A DNA stretch of 64,000 nucleotides, from positions 1,612,001 to 1,676,000 of the forward strand of contig BQFW01000007.1 of assembly GCA_020891255.1 (NCBI GenBank), in the 5' to 3' direction. This DNA is from Entomortierella parvispora E1425. Lineage: Eukaryota > Fungi > Mortierellomycota. The notes beneath the pieces are model-generated. The model was not told where the DNA came from. It did not search any database and saw only the letters and a program-made list of their open reading frames with translations. This document shows positions 11,806 to 25,324 of this stretch, in pieces (the stretch's first letter is position 1; every line of letters begins with the position of its first letter). A program made the translations under genes and the position numbers.

Positions 11806-14512
11806 TCACACCAAAGTACTCGACTCGATGATCGATTGTTGCTTGGGCGTCAATGGCATGGTGGAACCATGGGGGAAGTTGGCGTTGTGGAAAGCGTCCG
11901 TTTGGATACTGGCCGTGCTACTGAAGGAGGCAGTGTACTTGCTGATGATCTTCTTGAGGGCGTAAGGCAACACCTTCCAAGGGAAGACCTTGACATCCTT
12001 CTCAATATTCCTGGGCTTGGGGTTGGGGAAGGACATGATCAACTTGAAAAACTCTGCGCACTCGGCCTTGCCCTTTGACACCGTCAAGGGTCGGAACCCT
12101 TCCAGATTACGACGGATACGGTTCTTTTCCTCCACCGTGAACCGGACCGCGATCAGGGATTCGAGCAAGTAGATCGTATCGACCGAGGTCAAGAAGCAGT
12201 CATTCTTGTCAGCCCAGTAGATACAAGAGACCACAATACTGTTGGGCTGACGGTCGGCAGGTGCAACGGGTGCAAAGCTGCAAGCAATGTCATTGCCCTC
12301 TTGACGTCTCCAAAACTGGACCAAGCGACGCTGGGACTCCCATTCTTCACCGCTCCAATTGATTGCCATGTCATCGAGGTTGCCGGCAAACTTGATGTTT
12401 GCCTTGTTTACCAGACTGGCGTAGGGGTTGTACGAGCTTGTGGACATGGTAGAGGGAAGGCCACCATTTCCTCCCATGGAGGCACTGGGGTGCGACTGGG
12501 GCATGTAGGATGAAGGTGCCATAGGGCGAGAGTGGGACTGACCGTGGTCCATGGTCTGGGGCATCGAGTAAGCTGACGTTGCTGCGTACTCTTGCTGACC
12601 AGTGTAGGGCATGGGTGGTGCAAGCATTTGATCTGATTGGTACGCACAAAGTGGACAAAGAAAGAGGAGCAGAACGACGGTTAGGATACGAAGAGGGAAA
12701 AAGAAGAGGAAAAAAGAAGCGGAAATGACAAAAGAAAAAAAAAAGGTGGGCGTGTTTTAAAACCAAACAACAAAATCCACGCAGCATGAAAAAGTGAGGG
12801 CAAAAAAAAAGACGTACTGTTGCCATAGTATCCAGGGCGTGCATAGGTGGGAGACGGGCCCGATCCATAAGGACTGGTGGCCTGCAGACCCGCTTGACTG
12901 TTGCCGTAGAGTCCGGCGTCGTAGCCCGAGGTTGGAGTGACGGGCAAGGGCGAGTGGTAGTCATCGTCTATTCATAACCCAAAAAAACATGGCAGGAAAT
13001 TACCGAGAGAGTGGTGGTGGAGATGGTAAAAAATTTGGAGCGGAGAAAGGAAGAGGACGATCAATGAAAGATGACAGCAGATAGTAACGAAAGTATTATA
13101 AGAGATGTATCCCACGAGGGTAAAGAACCAACGAAGGTACAAAGGAAGCAAGGGAAGTGGTGGAAGGGCAAGAAAGAAAGTACAAAAAAGAGGGTGAACC
13201 TGGTCAGTATTCCAGTCAATAACAAACATGACAAGAGCGCCGATTACAACCAATGTGCCGATCTTGCATAGAGTTCATTAGTGCCAGACAGTGCATCGAC
13301 AGGCGAGAAAAAATAGATCCTCGCTCCGCTGGTTGGCTGTCCGTCGGCCTCCTCGCCTCTTTTCCTTCTGCCACGCTACCCTTTTCTCCTTCCTCCTTCA
13401 GGCTGGACTGGAATAAATCCGAAGGAAATTACTTTTTCCTTTTTTTTTTTTTTTTTTTTTGGCGCCCATGGACACTCATCGATAACAAGATATTAAAATA
13501 CTTACGACGAGGTGTAAGTCCGTTGACAGAATTTGGCGTCGTGGGTGGCAAAGGCGACAATTGCTGGTATTGCTGTTGTTGCTGACTGTTGCCAATGCCG
13601 GAGAGATCGAGGCTAGGGACGAGATGCTGTCGCTTGTGTGCAACTGTCTGACCCTGGTTGCCATTGTTCGAGTTACCAAACATCATGTCCTCCACCAAAG
13701 CACGCTTGTTGGAGTTGGCACCATTGCTGTTGCTGTTGCTTTGGGTCATGCTCAAACCTATTGGAGAGTTGTTTTGTTTGTTTGTATGTGAACGAACGAG
13801 GGAAATACAAAGACAAGGTGTGAGAAAATGGGACGCAAAAAAAGAACTGCTGTGCAACAGTCGCCAACCGCCCATGTACTCTTTCATGCAAAAGAAAGAA
13901 AAAAATGCATATCGACTCTTCCTTTGTTTGTTTGTTTGTTTGTTTGCCTGGCTTAGTTTGGTTTGGTTTGGTTTGCCACTTACCATCGTAGTAGTTAAAG
14001 TCGCCAAAGGGCCAGCTCTCTTGAACCAAATCGTTGTCCATTTGCAGGATGTAAAGGGGCACTTTGTTCACAAACCATTTTGTGATCGCAAAGTTGGGCA
14101 CCGTGCAGCTCAAAGTGATGTACCCGTTGGCCGCGTATTGCTTTGTATCCACAACCAACGTTCCAAAACCAATCCGAAGACTCTTGTCTGTGTTGGACTG
14201 CAGGGTCACTGTAAAAGTCTGACCCTCGGGGCCGAAGTGAGGAGTGTACTCGAGCACTCGAGGAGGGGCATTGACCTGTGGAGGGGGAGCCGAGGAGGTG
14301 GCCATCGAGGGCTTGGTCAAGGACTGAACCAGCTGATCCGACTGTTGTTGCAATTGGGACTGCTGTGGTTGCTGCTGCTGCAGCTGCGGTGTGAGAGATG
14401 GATCGCTTGAGGTTTGAACTTGTTGCGGTTGAGGGGTCGTTTGCTGTGGCAACTGCTGCTGCTGTTGCTGAGGCATCGGTTGCTGTGGCGAGTCGGACAT
14501 GGGCGAGGCCAT
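11806..14512 (-). CDS. medA: MedA/Medusa-type developmental transcription factor (DUF7082 domain) with an N-terminal IPT/TIG-like domain and polyQ
   Basis: The C-terminal exon has WS.EEWESQRRLVQFWR, VVSCIYW, TSVDTIYLLE, RFTVEEKNRIRRNLEGFRPLTVSK and FPNPKPRNIEKDVKVFPW. The start is MASPMSDSPQQ at 14512. The internal exon structure (13984-12630) is only approximate. Confidence 0.85.
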
Positions 14513-16251
14513 CTTGCGAGGCTCAAAGTCTGTGAGGTGTGGCATGGGAGACGGAGAGAAGAGAGAAAAAGCGAAGCCAAGGAGGGTGTGAGAAGAGAGT
14601 TGAAGGCGAGCAAATGTTGCAATGGAGTAAAGATCGAGTAAAAAAAAAAAAGAGGAGGGATGCAAAAAAGTAAAAAAACCGAGGGTAAAAAAATAAAAAA
14701 AGACAGAGACAGAGCACGAAGATCCTCCTTTGGAGGGAGTGGGATGATGATGGGTCGTCAAAAAGGGAATGGTGGCGTGCCTCAACGTCTTTTGTGCGAC
14801 AAAGCCGGGAATGAGCAAAGTGCTCTCGGAGGGATAGTGAACTTACTTTGGATAGCAGACATGTCCATCTTCTGAGCAATGGATGAATTGATCTCGTCGA
14901 ATGGGGAAAGAGAAATGAGACCTGTGGTCGAGTAGGGGTCGAGACAAGGACTGTCGCAAGAGAGAAGGAGAAAGAGATCTAAGGTCAGAGAAACCGTGTG
15001 TCCAAAGAAGGCGAGTGCGTGAAACGAAGCTGAATGGAGGGAGCAAAGATGAAGCGGGGGGCGTTAGTATATATATTTTTTTCTGTTTTTTTTTGTTTTT
15101 TGTTTGTAAGAATGAATGCGGGAAGTAAGTGGTGGCACACGGCGATGTTTGTTATTTCGACAAGATAAAAAAAAAAAGTTGTCGGTGCTTCCTCGTCCAG
15201 AAAGTCAGTCGGCCAGTCAGCCAGTCAGGGTCTGCCTGATCACACCGCCTTCTTTTCATTCCTGGAATAAAAAGAAAAAAAGAAAAAAAATACCACCATA
15301 TCATCATCGTCATCAGCAATCATCGTCATCAATCATCCGTACTTCGCGCCATGTATGGCCAGGGAGGCCCAAAAAAAGATTAATGAATCGAGAAAAAAGA
15401 AGGTCAAGGCGAAATGGCCGAAAAGATACCGACCTCTCTCTTCCCCCGGTTCCCTTTTGAGAATCATGGAACAGTCCTGGTTGGCTGAACAACAAAAGTC
15501 CGCCCACCTGCCTCTACCCTCTCCGTTCATTTTTGGGGTTGGCGGGGGTGGGGTCGGTGCACGGCGTGATATGACATAAAAGAAGTTTTCTCTGTCATCT
15601 TTTTTCCAGACAAAGAAAAGGAATAGATCGCATGGGCTGTCGCCTTATTGTCTGAATGTTCATCATTCTTCAAGCAAGCCGAGGTCCATAGTCCGGGATA
15701 CATTTGGGCGTAGAGCACTGTCCAGATGACACTCCAATTGAGCAGAAACCAAAACATGGGGGCACATAGCTCCCACACAACACAACACAACACACTCTCA
15801 CCTGGGTCGTGTGCAATGGGCGCAGATGGAGACAAGGGCAGATGGACAGATGGACAGACAAAGAATGAGCGCTAGCGTTGCGTGTGGACGAGGACGGCGC
15901 GGTGATTGGGATGAGAGCAAAACGTGAGTGGGCGGGAAGGGTGGGATGGACAAAGAAGTTTGCACGAAAAAAAAAAATGAGACGGATAAAGATTTTTGGC
16001 CTTGTCTCTGATTTTTTTTTTCTTCTTCTGATGTTTCTGATTTTTGCGGGATTGCAGGAAGGACGGAGAGAGGGTCCTTGTTGGCTGGTCCTCTTTGCTC
16101 AATGCTGAGGCAACACTTGTGGAAGATCTGTATCTGATCCATCGCTTCATCGCTGCCGCGACAGAAAATGTACTTGTCAAGCAAATCAACCGTACTTTAT
16201 GAAAATGCATGAATGAAAGGCCGCTTGTTTGATTATCTACTCATTTCTTGG

Positions 16252-19200
16252 CTACGCTTTGAGTTCGCCTGCTTGCTCCGCAAGTTTGTAGAACAACGAC
16301 TCCCTTTTCTTCAAAAGCTCCGCTGGCGCCTCGTACTCTTCGACACAACCCTTCTCCAAGACCAAGATCTTGTCCGAGTCCATCACCGTCTTGATTCGGT
16401 GTGCAATAGTCAAGATGGTCCTATCCTTGAATTCCTTTCGAATGGTTCTTTGGATCAAGTCGTCCGTTTCCATGTCGACCGCTGCTGTTGCCTCGTCCAA
16501 AATCAAGATCTTTGTCTTTCTCAGCAGTGCACGCGCCAAGCAGATCAACGACCGTTGGCCCACTGAAAAGTTTTCTCCGTTTTGGGCAACCTCAAAGGAC
16601 AGACCGCCGACCAAGGACGCAATATGGTCTTTCAAATGGGCCCGCTCGAGAGCTGTCCAGAGCTCCGCATCCTCCCGCTCACTAAACGGATCCAAGTTCT
16701 CGCGGACAGTACCAGCAAACAAGGTCGGGTCCTGAGGGATGATCGACAGATGTTCGCGTAAGGTCTTCAATCCTAAAGTGGCAATGTCGACACCGTCGAT
16801 CTCAATTGAACCACCTTGGTCAGTCTTAAACCCATCCAGGTCAGACTCTTGTCGTGGCCAAGACGAGATTAATAACTGAGAACTGTCTGTAACAGTGGCT
16901 CGAGCCCAATAACTGTCGGCCGCCTCAATCATCCGGAACAGGGCGAGAGTCAACGACGACTTGCCGGCGCCGGTGCGACCCACAATACCGACCTTCTCTG
17001 CCGGTTTGACTTCAAACGAGACATTCTTGATAACCAAGTCCAACCCTTCTCGGTATCGGCTCGAATAGTTCTTGAATTCCACTTTGCCTTCTGAGGGCCA
17101 ATTCTTGGGCAAACGTACCGCTGTCTCCAAAGGAGCCTCGGTTCTAAGCTCTGCATACTCTTCAATCCTCTCCACGCAGACCAGCTGGTTTTGAAGTTCA
17201 CTGAAGGAGCGCACAAGCCAGGTAATATCCCCAGTGACATTCATCGCGTATGTCAGGGATAATCCGACAACCGAAGCACTGAGGTGTCCTTGGTCCAAGA
17301 CCGCCAGCAGAGCTGCGCCCAAAACGACCAAGGCTCCCAGAAACTCTAGCCGAACCTTGAGCCAGCGATTTCCGATACCAAAGGCTAACGTTGTCTCCGC
17401 CGATAGATCAGCCTTGGCTCCATTCATAGTAATGAAGCGGGGGTTAGCCCCCATGGCTCGAATAGTCGAAACACCGGCAATGGTTTCGCTAAAATGCTGA
17501 TAGAGTGGAGACTTGGATACGGACATGAAGCGCTTCAAGGCTTGGGATGACTTGATAAAGTAGGACTGGATATACAAATAGACCAACACCAGAGGCGGTA
17601 CGGCTACTAAGAACAGGGGAGTGGACGTGGAGATGACAACAAGGGTACCTCCGATCGCAACCAGGCAATAGACAACATCAATAAAGTTCCAAATGATTGT
17701 CTCGTCAACATTCTCGACATCGCTAGAGAAGCGGTTGATAATGCGACCCACACTAATTGATCGATCGAAGGTGAGGAAGAGAGATTGCCTGTTAGCTGCA
17801 TGTCGAAACCTCTTCACAGGTGGTTGGTTAATAATAAGTTGCAAACATACGGGGTGACATCAAAGAATGACATGGGCTGGCGCAAAAGATTGTTCAAAAG
17901 GCGATCATGCAAATGACGTGCGGCTAGAATAGCCGCATGCACATTCGCCACATAGAACAGGGCCACGTTGAACGCCAGGTAGGCGAGCGTGAATCCACCA
18001 TAGACAAGTAGGAATTGGAGCACAGAGTACTTTTCCTGTCCTGCAGCATCCGACCAGAATCTCAGCCAGAAACTGGTGCCGACTTGAGCAACCTCGACCA
18101 GGATGTAGAGCACGACAACCCAGATCATGTTGCTCAGTGATGCAGCTCTGGCATAGACCATGAACATGTGCCATCCAACGCCACCATCCACCATTTTCTC
18201 GGCCGCAACCAATTCGGCTTTGGGGTTCTCCATCTCTTGCTCCTGAGCTGCAATAGCAGTGCTTGAATCCGCATCAGAGGTTGAATCGCTGGTACTGGCT
18301 GTCTCAGGGACAACGTCCTCAGGACCATGGAGCTTCTTGTGCGACTTGCGTTTGTGTGTCGAAGAAAACTCGAGATTGAGCTGATAGAACCCTTGGCGGT
18401 TGGAAAGAAGCTGAACAAAATCCCCCATCTCGCTGATTTTGCCATCCTTCATGACGATGATCGAATCCACTTGGTCCAGATGATGGATACCATGAGTGAC
18501 CAAGAGACGAGTCTTGTTCTTCAGCAAACCGCTAGGTCCAATCAGCTGCTGCCAAAGTTGCTGGTCAACATGAGCATCGACGGCACTCAATGGGTCATCC
18601 AATAAGTAAATGTCGGCATCGGCATAAGCTGCACGAGCTAGTGCAACGCGTTGCTTCTGACCTCCAGAGAGATTGATACCACGCTCGCCAATCTCAGTAG
18701 AGTCCCGCGCAGGCAACATGTCTAGATCTTGTCGAAGACAGCATGCGTCTAGTACCTGGTCGTACTTTTCCTGATCCAAGGGTTTTCCAAACAAGATGTT
18801 GTCCTTGACACTGCAGTTCATGATCCAGGCTAGCTGGGAAACATAGGCAACCCTGCCGCGGACTTGGACCGATCCATTGTACTTGTACATGTCACCGATA
18901 AGGGCCGATAGCAGAGACGATTTTCCTTGACCAATACGTCCCACCACTGCGGTCAAAGATCGAGACCTGAGACTAAAGTTGATCCCATTGAGAGTGGGCA
19001 CATTACGAGCAACGGAGCCATCAGCATTCTCCAAAAGAGGCGTATTCTCGTCTCTGTCAGAAGGATAGGCGTCGTCCGAAGATGACTGCTCCTTGGTCCA
19101 CGAAAAGGTGGCATTCTTGACCACAATGGCTTTTCCCTCGTAACCTGCGGGATCCAAAGGGTACTGTTTGTGCGCCGGATCCTCAGTCCGAACCTCTAGC

Positions 19201-21380
19201 TCTTCCGATAGAAGGAATTTTTGAACACGGCGGGTCGCGACCAGAATTGATGTCGTCGAGCTCAAGAGGGTATCCATGGTCGAAATAGGGCGACTGAGGA
19301 GCCCAAAGAGGGACAAACTGACAAAAATAACATGCGGCGTGATCTCTCCAGCGGCACCTCCTGGCCCACCAAAGGCTGCGAACATCCCAAACGATAACAG
19401 ACTCATAAACATTGTAGTCGAAAATATCAGGGTCATTCCAGCGTAAACCACTCCAAATCGACGCAGGACAGACATCTCAATCTGACGATAATTGGCAATC
19501 TTTGCTTTGAATGCATCCTCTATTGATAAGCGATTGAAACATATAATAAATATCGTCAGTGTTTTGAAAGCACCAAACGATAAGAGTCAAAGGGTTTCTA
19601 TCAATATTTCTGCACTTACCCCAAGCATATAGCTTGATAGTCTTGATCGAAGTAAAGAGTTCAGTCACCAGACGGATTCGAGAGTCCATAGCCGTGAGCT
19701 TGGTCTCCTTGATGCTTTGAAAGATGCCCGAGACTCTGCTCTGGATTGGCATCAGTCCCAAGATGGTGAACAGGCCGACCAACGAGCACCACCCGAGCTG
19801 ACTATACAGCATCCACAGCGCCACGACAAGCTCGATGGGTGCAGAGATCCACTGAGGCAATGTGTTGAGAGCAGCCACCCACTTTTCAGCATCGACCGAC
19901 ATGTGGTTGGAAATCTCTCCTGTCGAGGACTTGATACGCGCCTCGGGTGAGAGTCGAAGTGTTTTTCTGTAAATCAAGCCGATGAGTCCAGATCGAATCT
20001 CCATCCCGCGGTCGGCATTCAGTTGAAATAATTGTGCGCCCATGACAGAACTGAACAACGACGTCAGGAACATCAAGAACGCCAACATGATGCCTCTAGA
20101 CAGTGGTTGAGGCGTTTCGGAGGTTGATGATTGCATAAAGTCCATGATATAGCCGAGGAGAACAGGCTGGAGGTATACAAGAGTGGTTGACGCCACACGG
20201 CAGAGGATGATCGAAGTCCATCCTGTCCAGCCATAGGTCAAAAAGATGACCTTCAGCAGCAGCCAAGGTCTCTTTTTCTCCTTTTTTCCCTTGGGCAGAT
20301 GCTCGAATTTCTCGACCTGCTTTTCCCAAGTTGTGGCCAATCCTGGATATGCGTTTTCAGACCGGATCCGTTCCGGCATCAAGCTTTCCACATCTGAAAG
20401 TTGGAGAGGTCTCTTGTAACCCTTGGCCATAATTGGCTGGATATAATGGAATGAAAGTCGAGATATCAGGTTGGACTTGTCGTAGACGGACACATTGGAT
20501 CGTAGTTGAACCTGGGTTCGGCCACGGGGCCAAGCCTCAACTACGAGGCCGAGGAAAAGCGAGATAATGTAGAGTTGCAAGTATGAGGTCGATTGCTGGT
20601 GATTGTTCAGATCGGACGTGGTATAATAGAGAACAGCAGAACCAGCAAGGGCAGCAAGGTAGTAGCCGAGGATCGCATCCGAAGACCGAATCGAGAATAG
20701 GTGTTCGGAGTGATTCAAGATGGCGGCCAAGGTCTAGGTTGTTTGAGTTTGATGTCATTAGAAACAAATGTAGCTGCTGCACTGGTTACTCCCTCCTTGA
20801 AGACAACGTACCCATGAGACCAGCATAGATCCAGTGGCGAGTTTGGAGGCAAGATCGAGTTGTTCATCAGATGAAGCAATGAGACGGAGGACCAATGCAA
20901 TGCATCCGAGGAGCATGAGAAAGAATGAGGACCAATAAATAACGCCAGTCCTGCCAAGGTTATGGCGATGCCCATGATGGTTGAAGAAAGAGAGCCGTTG
21001 GAGAAAGAGGACCGAGGCAAAGATGGCGGGTAACGTCAAGAGGTATCTGGTTGCATGAGGCGAGGAAAAGTTTGAATGGGTGAGTGAGAATGGAAGAGAG
21101 GTGCATGAGCTGCCTTCAGGGCAACTACAAGTTGTCTCCTTACAGATTCTGGAAGCATGGATCAGCGATGCTCTATTTGTTCCAAAAGAAAACCAAGGTC
21201 AGTCAGTCAGATCAGATCTGTAGATCAGCGGAAAAGGGCTGGGCGAAGCGCGTTCTGGGGTTCAATGATCAATTAGCGAGGGACGGGTGGGAGCAGGGGG
21301 CAGTCTTTCTTTACCCATGGGTCGGATGCGGGGCAGAACGCAAAGGAGGTCGGGGACGAGTCCCTGTTGACAACGTTCAT
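16252..21380 (-). CDS. ABCC/MRP (Ycf1-like) ABC transporter, full length (TMD0-TMD1-NBD1-TMD2-NBD2)
   Basis: Exon 1 (21380-21315) encodes MNVVNRD...FCPASDPW, followed by a mini-exon SIADPCFQNL and larger exons that splice in frame. NBD1: GRIGQGKSS, LSGGQKQR, LLDD. NBD2: GRTGAGKSS, FSVGQRSLICLARA, LDEATAAVD. Confidence 0.96.
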
Positions 21381-21688
21381 CAGCTGGGGTGAAAGGTGGA
21401 GTGAGGGAGAAGGATGAGGGCGAGAAGGACATGAAGACCAGGAAGGGCGTCGTTATAAAGGAATTCCATCCGCAGTTTTTGTCTTTTCCCACAGGATGAT
21501 TCAATTTCCTGGCTCACGTCTGTCCCGTTTTTGGGTCTCAGCCCCTTCCTTCCTCTCCAGCTGGACAGCCCAAAAGGAACGGGCTGCAAACAGTTGCGGT
21601 GTGCACCTCTCTGTTTATTGGTCAATATTTCTTACGTTTTACTATATACAAGGGATGGGATGGACCAAGGTGTAGGAGGAGCACTCTT

Positions 21689-24600
21689 TCAGTCTACTTT
21701 GAGGTCGCAGCCCGATAATCTTCCGTCCTCGCGGTTTTGCCTTCTCATGGTGGAAGAGTCCTCATTCTGCGGTTGCTGTTGAGATGGATAATGTTGAGAG
21801 GGCGAGGGTGGCCACGAGTTGACTTCCTGGCTACTCCGCCGACTGGCTCCTCGAAGGAATGCTGTCGCTCCAGCGATATTACGGAAAGAGGAGGCTGAGG
21901 ATCTTGAGGGCGGTGCATTCGCTTCGGGAGTTTTTGTAGTTGCCGTCACTGTTGAAGGTAAAGATACATTTGATTGTGATTGCAAAGCCTGACTCATTGC
22001 CAAACTCTCAGCAATTGCCCGTCTCAAGTCCTCATCATCCTCGTCCGAGAAGTCACTGTCAGATGGATGGTGGTGAACGATTGATGAAGCCGAGGAAGAG
22101 GGCACTGGGTATCCAGAGCGTAGCACAGATTCCTCATGATCACGGCGGTGATGTTGTGTCCGCCTTTGGATATTGCGGCTATTGTCCTGGTCATCTTCTT
22201 CTGTTGGGTCCACCACCTCTACTGTGATCCTGGGGAACCCCAAACGCGAGAGCCAGGGTTGTTGTTCTGAATTGAATGCAAATAACTGATGTCCTGTGCT
22301 GGACCGATTACTATTCGACCCGCTGTTGGAGGAGTGGTGTCCACTCCCAGAGGCGAGATTGCCCGAGGGCGTATGGCCTCCACTGAACGAATGGTGAATA
22401 GATGGGCTACTTGCAGATGCAGAAGGCGTTCCAGAATGTGGGGATGGTGTCGAGGCGAATGAACCGCGTCGACTGTCTCTCTGACTCCGATCAACTCCTC
22501 CTCGTAAACTCTCGTCCGTTGTGCTCGACACTCCTGAGCGCTGATCATCTGATCTCAAAGGTCCCTCGGTTGCCACTGCAGTAGGCTGTCCGTTGATGTC
22601 CAGTTCCGAAAGAAGAGATCGTCGGCAGGTTGGACAAGAGCTGTGATGTTCCAGCCATGACCGGATGCAAAACAGATGAAAGATATGTCCACAGGGAAGA
22701 ACTTTAGCTGACGACATGCTATCGCGACAAATAGCACAATCATCGCTATAGTCCGCAAGCTCCTTTTCCGTCGCGGAGGGGTATCTGAGTAATCAGTCGA
22801 AATGTGAAGTTAGTGGTTTGGTCGATTATTTTTTCTTGTCCTTGTCTATCAATACAAAAGAACTCAGGAAACGTCCCACATACAATGCCTGCATGTTTTT
22901 CAGCGCCTGGCGATACGACTGATGACTCGACAGTTTTTTGCGAAGGTTATTGAAAACACTTCTCATGTTCAAAAACAGAACAGCGTCAATGAGCGTAAAG
23001 GAGATTCCATGGAGATACTATCAAGCAAACAGTGAAGTTGCGGTTAGAATCTACACACGCAATGCATGATAAACCTGTGAAAGAAGAAAAAATTGTACCA
23101 TAATGTGCAGATAGTGACCAAGAGTGGTGACCAAAATCATAGTGTCGGTTGTAAACTCGGTATAATACTGGATCATTCTCCGTGACTCACATGGCCCCTG
23201 TCGCGAGAGATCGCCAAGATGAATAACATATTTAACCAGGGTCTGAACTGTGTCGAGGAAAAGTGTAAAACACTTTAAAAAAGAGCCAGGATGAGTATCG
23301 TCGGTATTTTACGCATTGTCCTCCAAGATATGGTATAAAAGATGAAGGTCTTACTTCAAAGGAAAGTAGCAGCAGCATGGATCGAAAGACGGAGATACAG
23401 AGTACGAACCAAACAATGTTCGAAACCAAGATCATGGAGAGCATTGTCAAGATCTTTACGTGGACTCTGATCGGAATGTTAGGAGATACAGTTAGCTATT
23501 ATATAGACAAAAACAGGGAAGGGGGTTAGTTTGACATCCAAGGAGAGCGGGTAAGCAAAGGAAAGGCACTGGCACCTACATATTCAAATCGGTCTCTGCA
23601 CAACATGCTAAAGACGCGCAAAAATCCTAGGATGGTGAACCACGCCGTCCAGATCAGGAGCTCTTCCCATCGTGGCTCCAGAATTGCGCCAACAAACACG
23701 ACCTTGAACAGCAAAAAGTTGAGTGCTCGGTCGTACATGTGCTATGTTGACCAAACAAGTGATCGAGAAAGAAAAATGCAAGCTCGTTAGAGTTGAAGCC
23801 AAACGACCTCGACACCCCGTTGACTCTTCCCGTCACACGACAACCCCTTGGCATTGGCTGTCGTGCAATGGTTTTGTGTCCCTCTTGTTCTTCATTAATG
23901 GTCCTATCTCTATCGTGCTCCCGAGGCTGCAAGCCATGCCATTCCATGCTTCCCGTGCTTGCAGCACTGTGACCTTCCATGCTCGCTTCTGCTGTGATCC
24001 CGTGCAGAAGCAAACAAAAAAAAAGAGGTCAAATTCTGTACCTGTCTCTCAATTATCCGCAAGTCTCCAAAAAAAGTTCTCAAAAACAACCGGCCAGCTA
24101 AAAACGCTAAACAGAAAGCCATGTTCGTGAAGATCTAAGAAAGTTCCAACTAAAGGGTGAGTTGAACTCTTCGCTAATGGTCTCGTGCTCCTCAGCAACT
24201 CTGTACTTCCGGAAGATCTCTCTTCTCTTACCAAGACACATAGCTTCTCGTTCTGAAGGTACGAAAGGATCACCTGTAACTGCAACAACACTGCTGGAGA
24301 CGGCGTTCTGAACTTGAGGTAGCGCTCGGCCAGCATGGCCTGGAACACTGACGGTCGAAAGCCGAACCCCACCCCTGCCGCACCGCCCAGCAGACGGCTG
24401 TGCTCGTACGAGTCGTCGTCAACGAGTCCAGGTCGAGCCTTTCCCCTGGTGCCAGCCGGAGCCGTGACCACTATGACCTGGTCTGCATCGTTGTCAAGAG
24501 TTGAAGCGCCATTGCCATTGGCTGATGCGAGCCTGAGGTCGTTCGAATCAAAGTCGAATGCTGTAGAAAAAGGCGAATCAGCACCAAAGGGCATTACAAC

Positions 24601-24753
24601 ATCCTTGAGGAAAGGCTCGAGCGACTTGAGAAGGCCGAGATTGAGGAAGGAAGATGGCGTGTGAAAAAGGGACTTGTGGGACGAGTAAGCGATGGCCACG
24701 AGAGTTGCCGTTAGAGAGAGGAGCGAGTACCGGTTCAGGTCGAGGAACCGCAT
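21689..24753 (-). CDS. gp78/AMFR-Hrd1 family ER membrane RING-H2 E3 ubiquitin ligase
   Basis: Spliced TM region: NMAFCL..GRLFLRTFFGDLRIIERQ|HMYDRALNFLLFKVVF..ILEP..W..WF..LGFL..F..LCRDRFEY. RING-H2: DDCAICRDSM..AKVLPCGHIFHLFCIRSWLEHHSSCPTCR. Confidence 0.9.
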
Positions 24754-25032
24754 CCCGAGCAAGCGAACGAGCAAGAGAGAAGACGAGAGGGGACAGCGAG
24801 CACGGTAGGAAGAACCAAGGAAGGATGGGGAAGGAAGAAAGGGAGTGAGGCAGGAACGAATCAATGCAAGGGATTGGGATGAAGTGAGGCAAAGGGAACA
24901 AGCCAGAGCTGCAGCCCGCAACCCAAAACCCAACCCCAAAAATAAAAACGATGCGCTCTCTTTTGCTCGTTCCTTTCCTTCGCTTATTCCTTCATCTTTG
25001 CTCCTTGGCGGGTTGAATCCCCGTGGCGGAGA

Positions 25033-25112
25033 GATGGACGGATGGATGCACAGATGCACAGATGCACAGATGCACGGATGCATGGATGCAGAATAAGCAG
25101 AATAAGCAGATG
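25033..25112. repeat. Imperfect GATG/GATGCACA minisatellite plus (GCAGAATAA)x2
   Basis: Read directly, upstream of the E3 ligase start codon. Confidence 0.8.
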
Positions 25113-25324
25113 AATGACTCTCAGACACGAACGCAGCGGTCTTTCTCTTCCTCGCACCCTCTCCACACGTCCGCGCGATTGCTATCCTGGGGACTTCGGT
25201 TCATCCTCCTAGGGCGTTTCTGTCTCCCTTTACTTTTGTTCCTGGCCACAGACTTTCGGTTCAAGGGGTCGACACACGCTTCTCCCTCCATGTTTTGACG
25301 AAAGAATGGGCCTGCAGTCATCTT

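Noticed and set aside
13658-14818. Long overlapping ORFs (250 aa plus strand; 381 aa minus strand running through introns)
   Set aside because: These are antisense shadows or intron read-through of the medA gene.
15527-16210. ORFs upstream of medA
   Set aside because: Non-ATG starts, microsatellite and poly-A-derived sequence, and no coding signature.
24049-25128. 359-aa ORF extending upstream of the E3 ligase
   Set aside because: The N-terminal ~125 codons are repeat-derived UTR sequence; MRFLDL at 24753 is the more plausible start.
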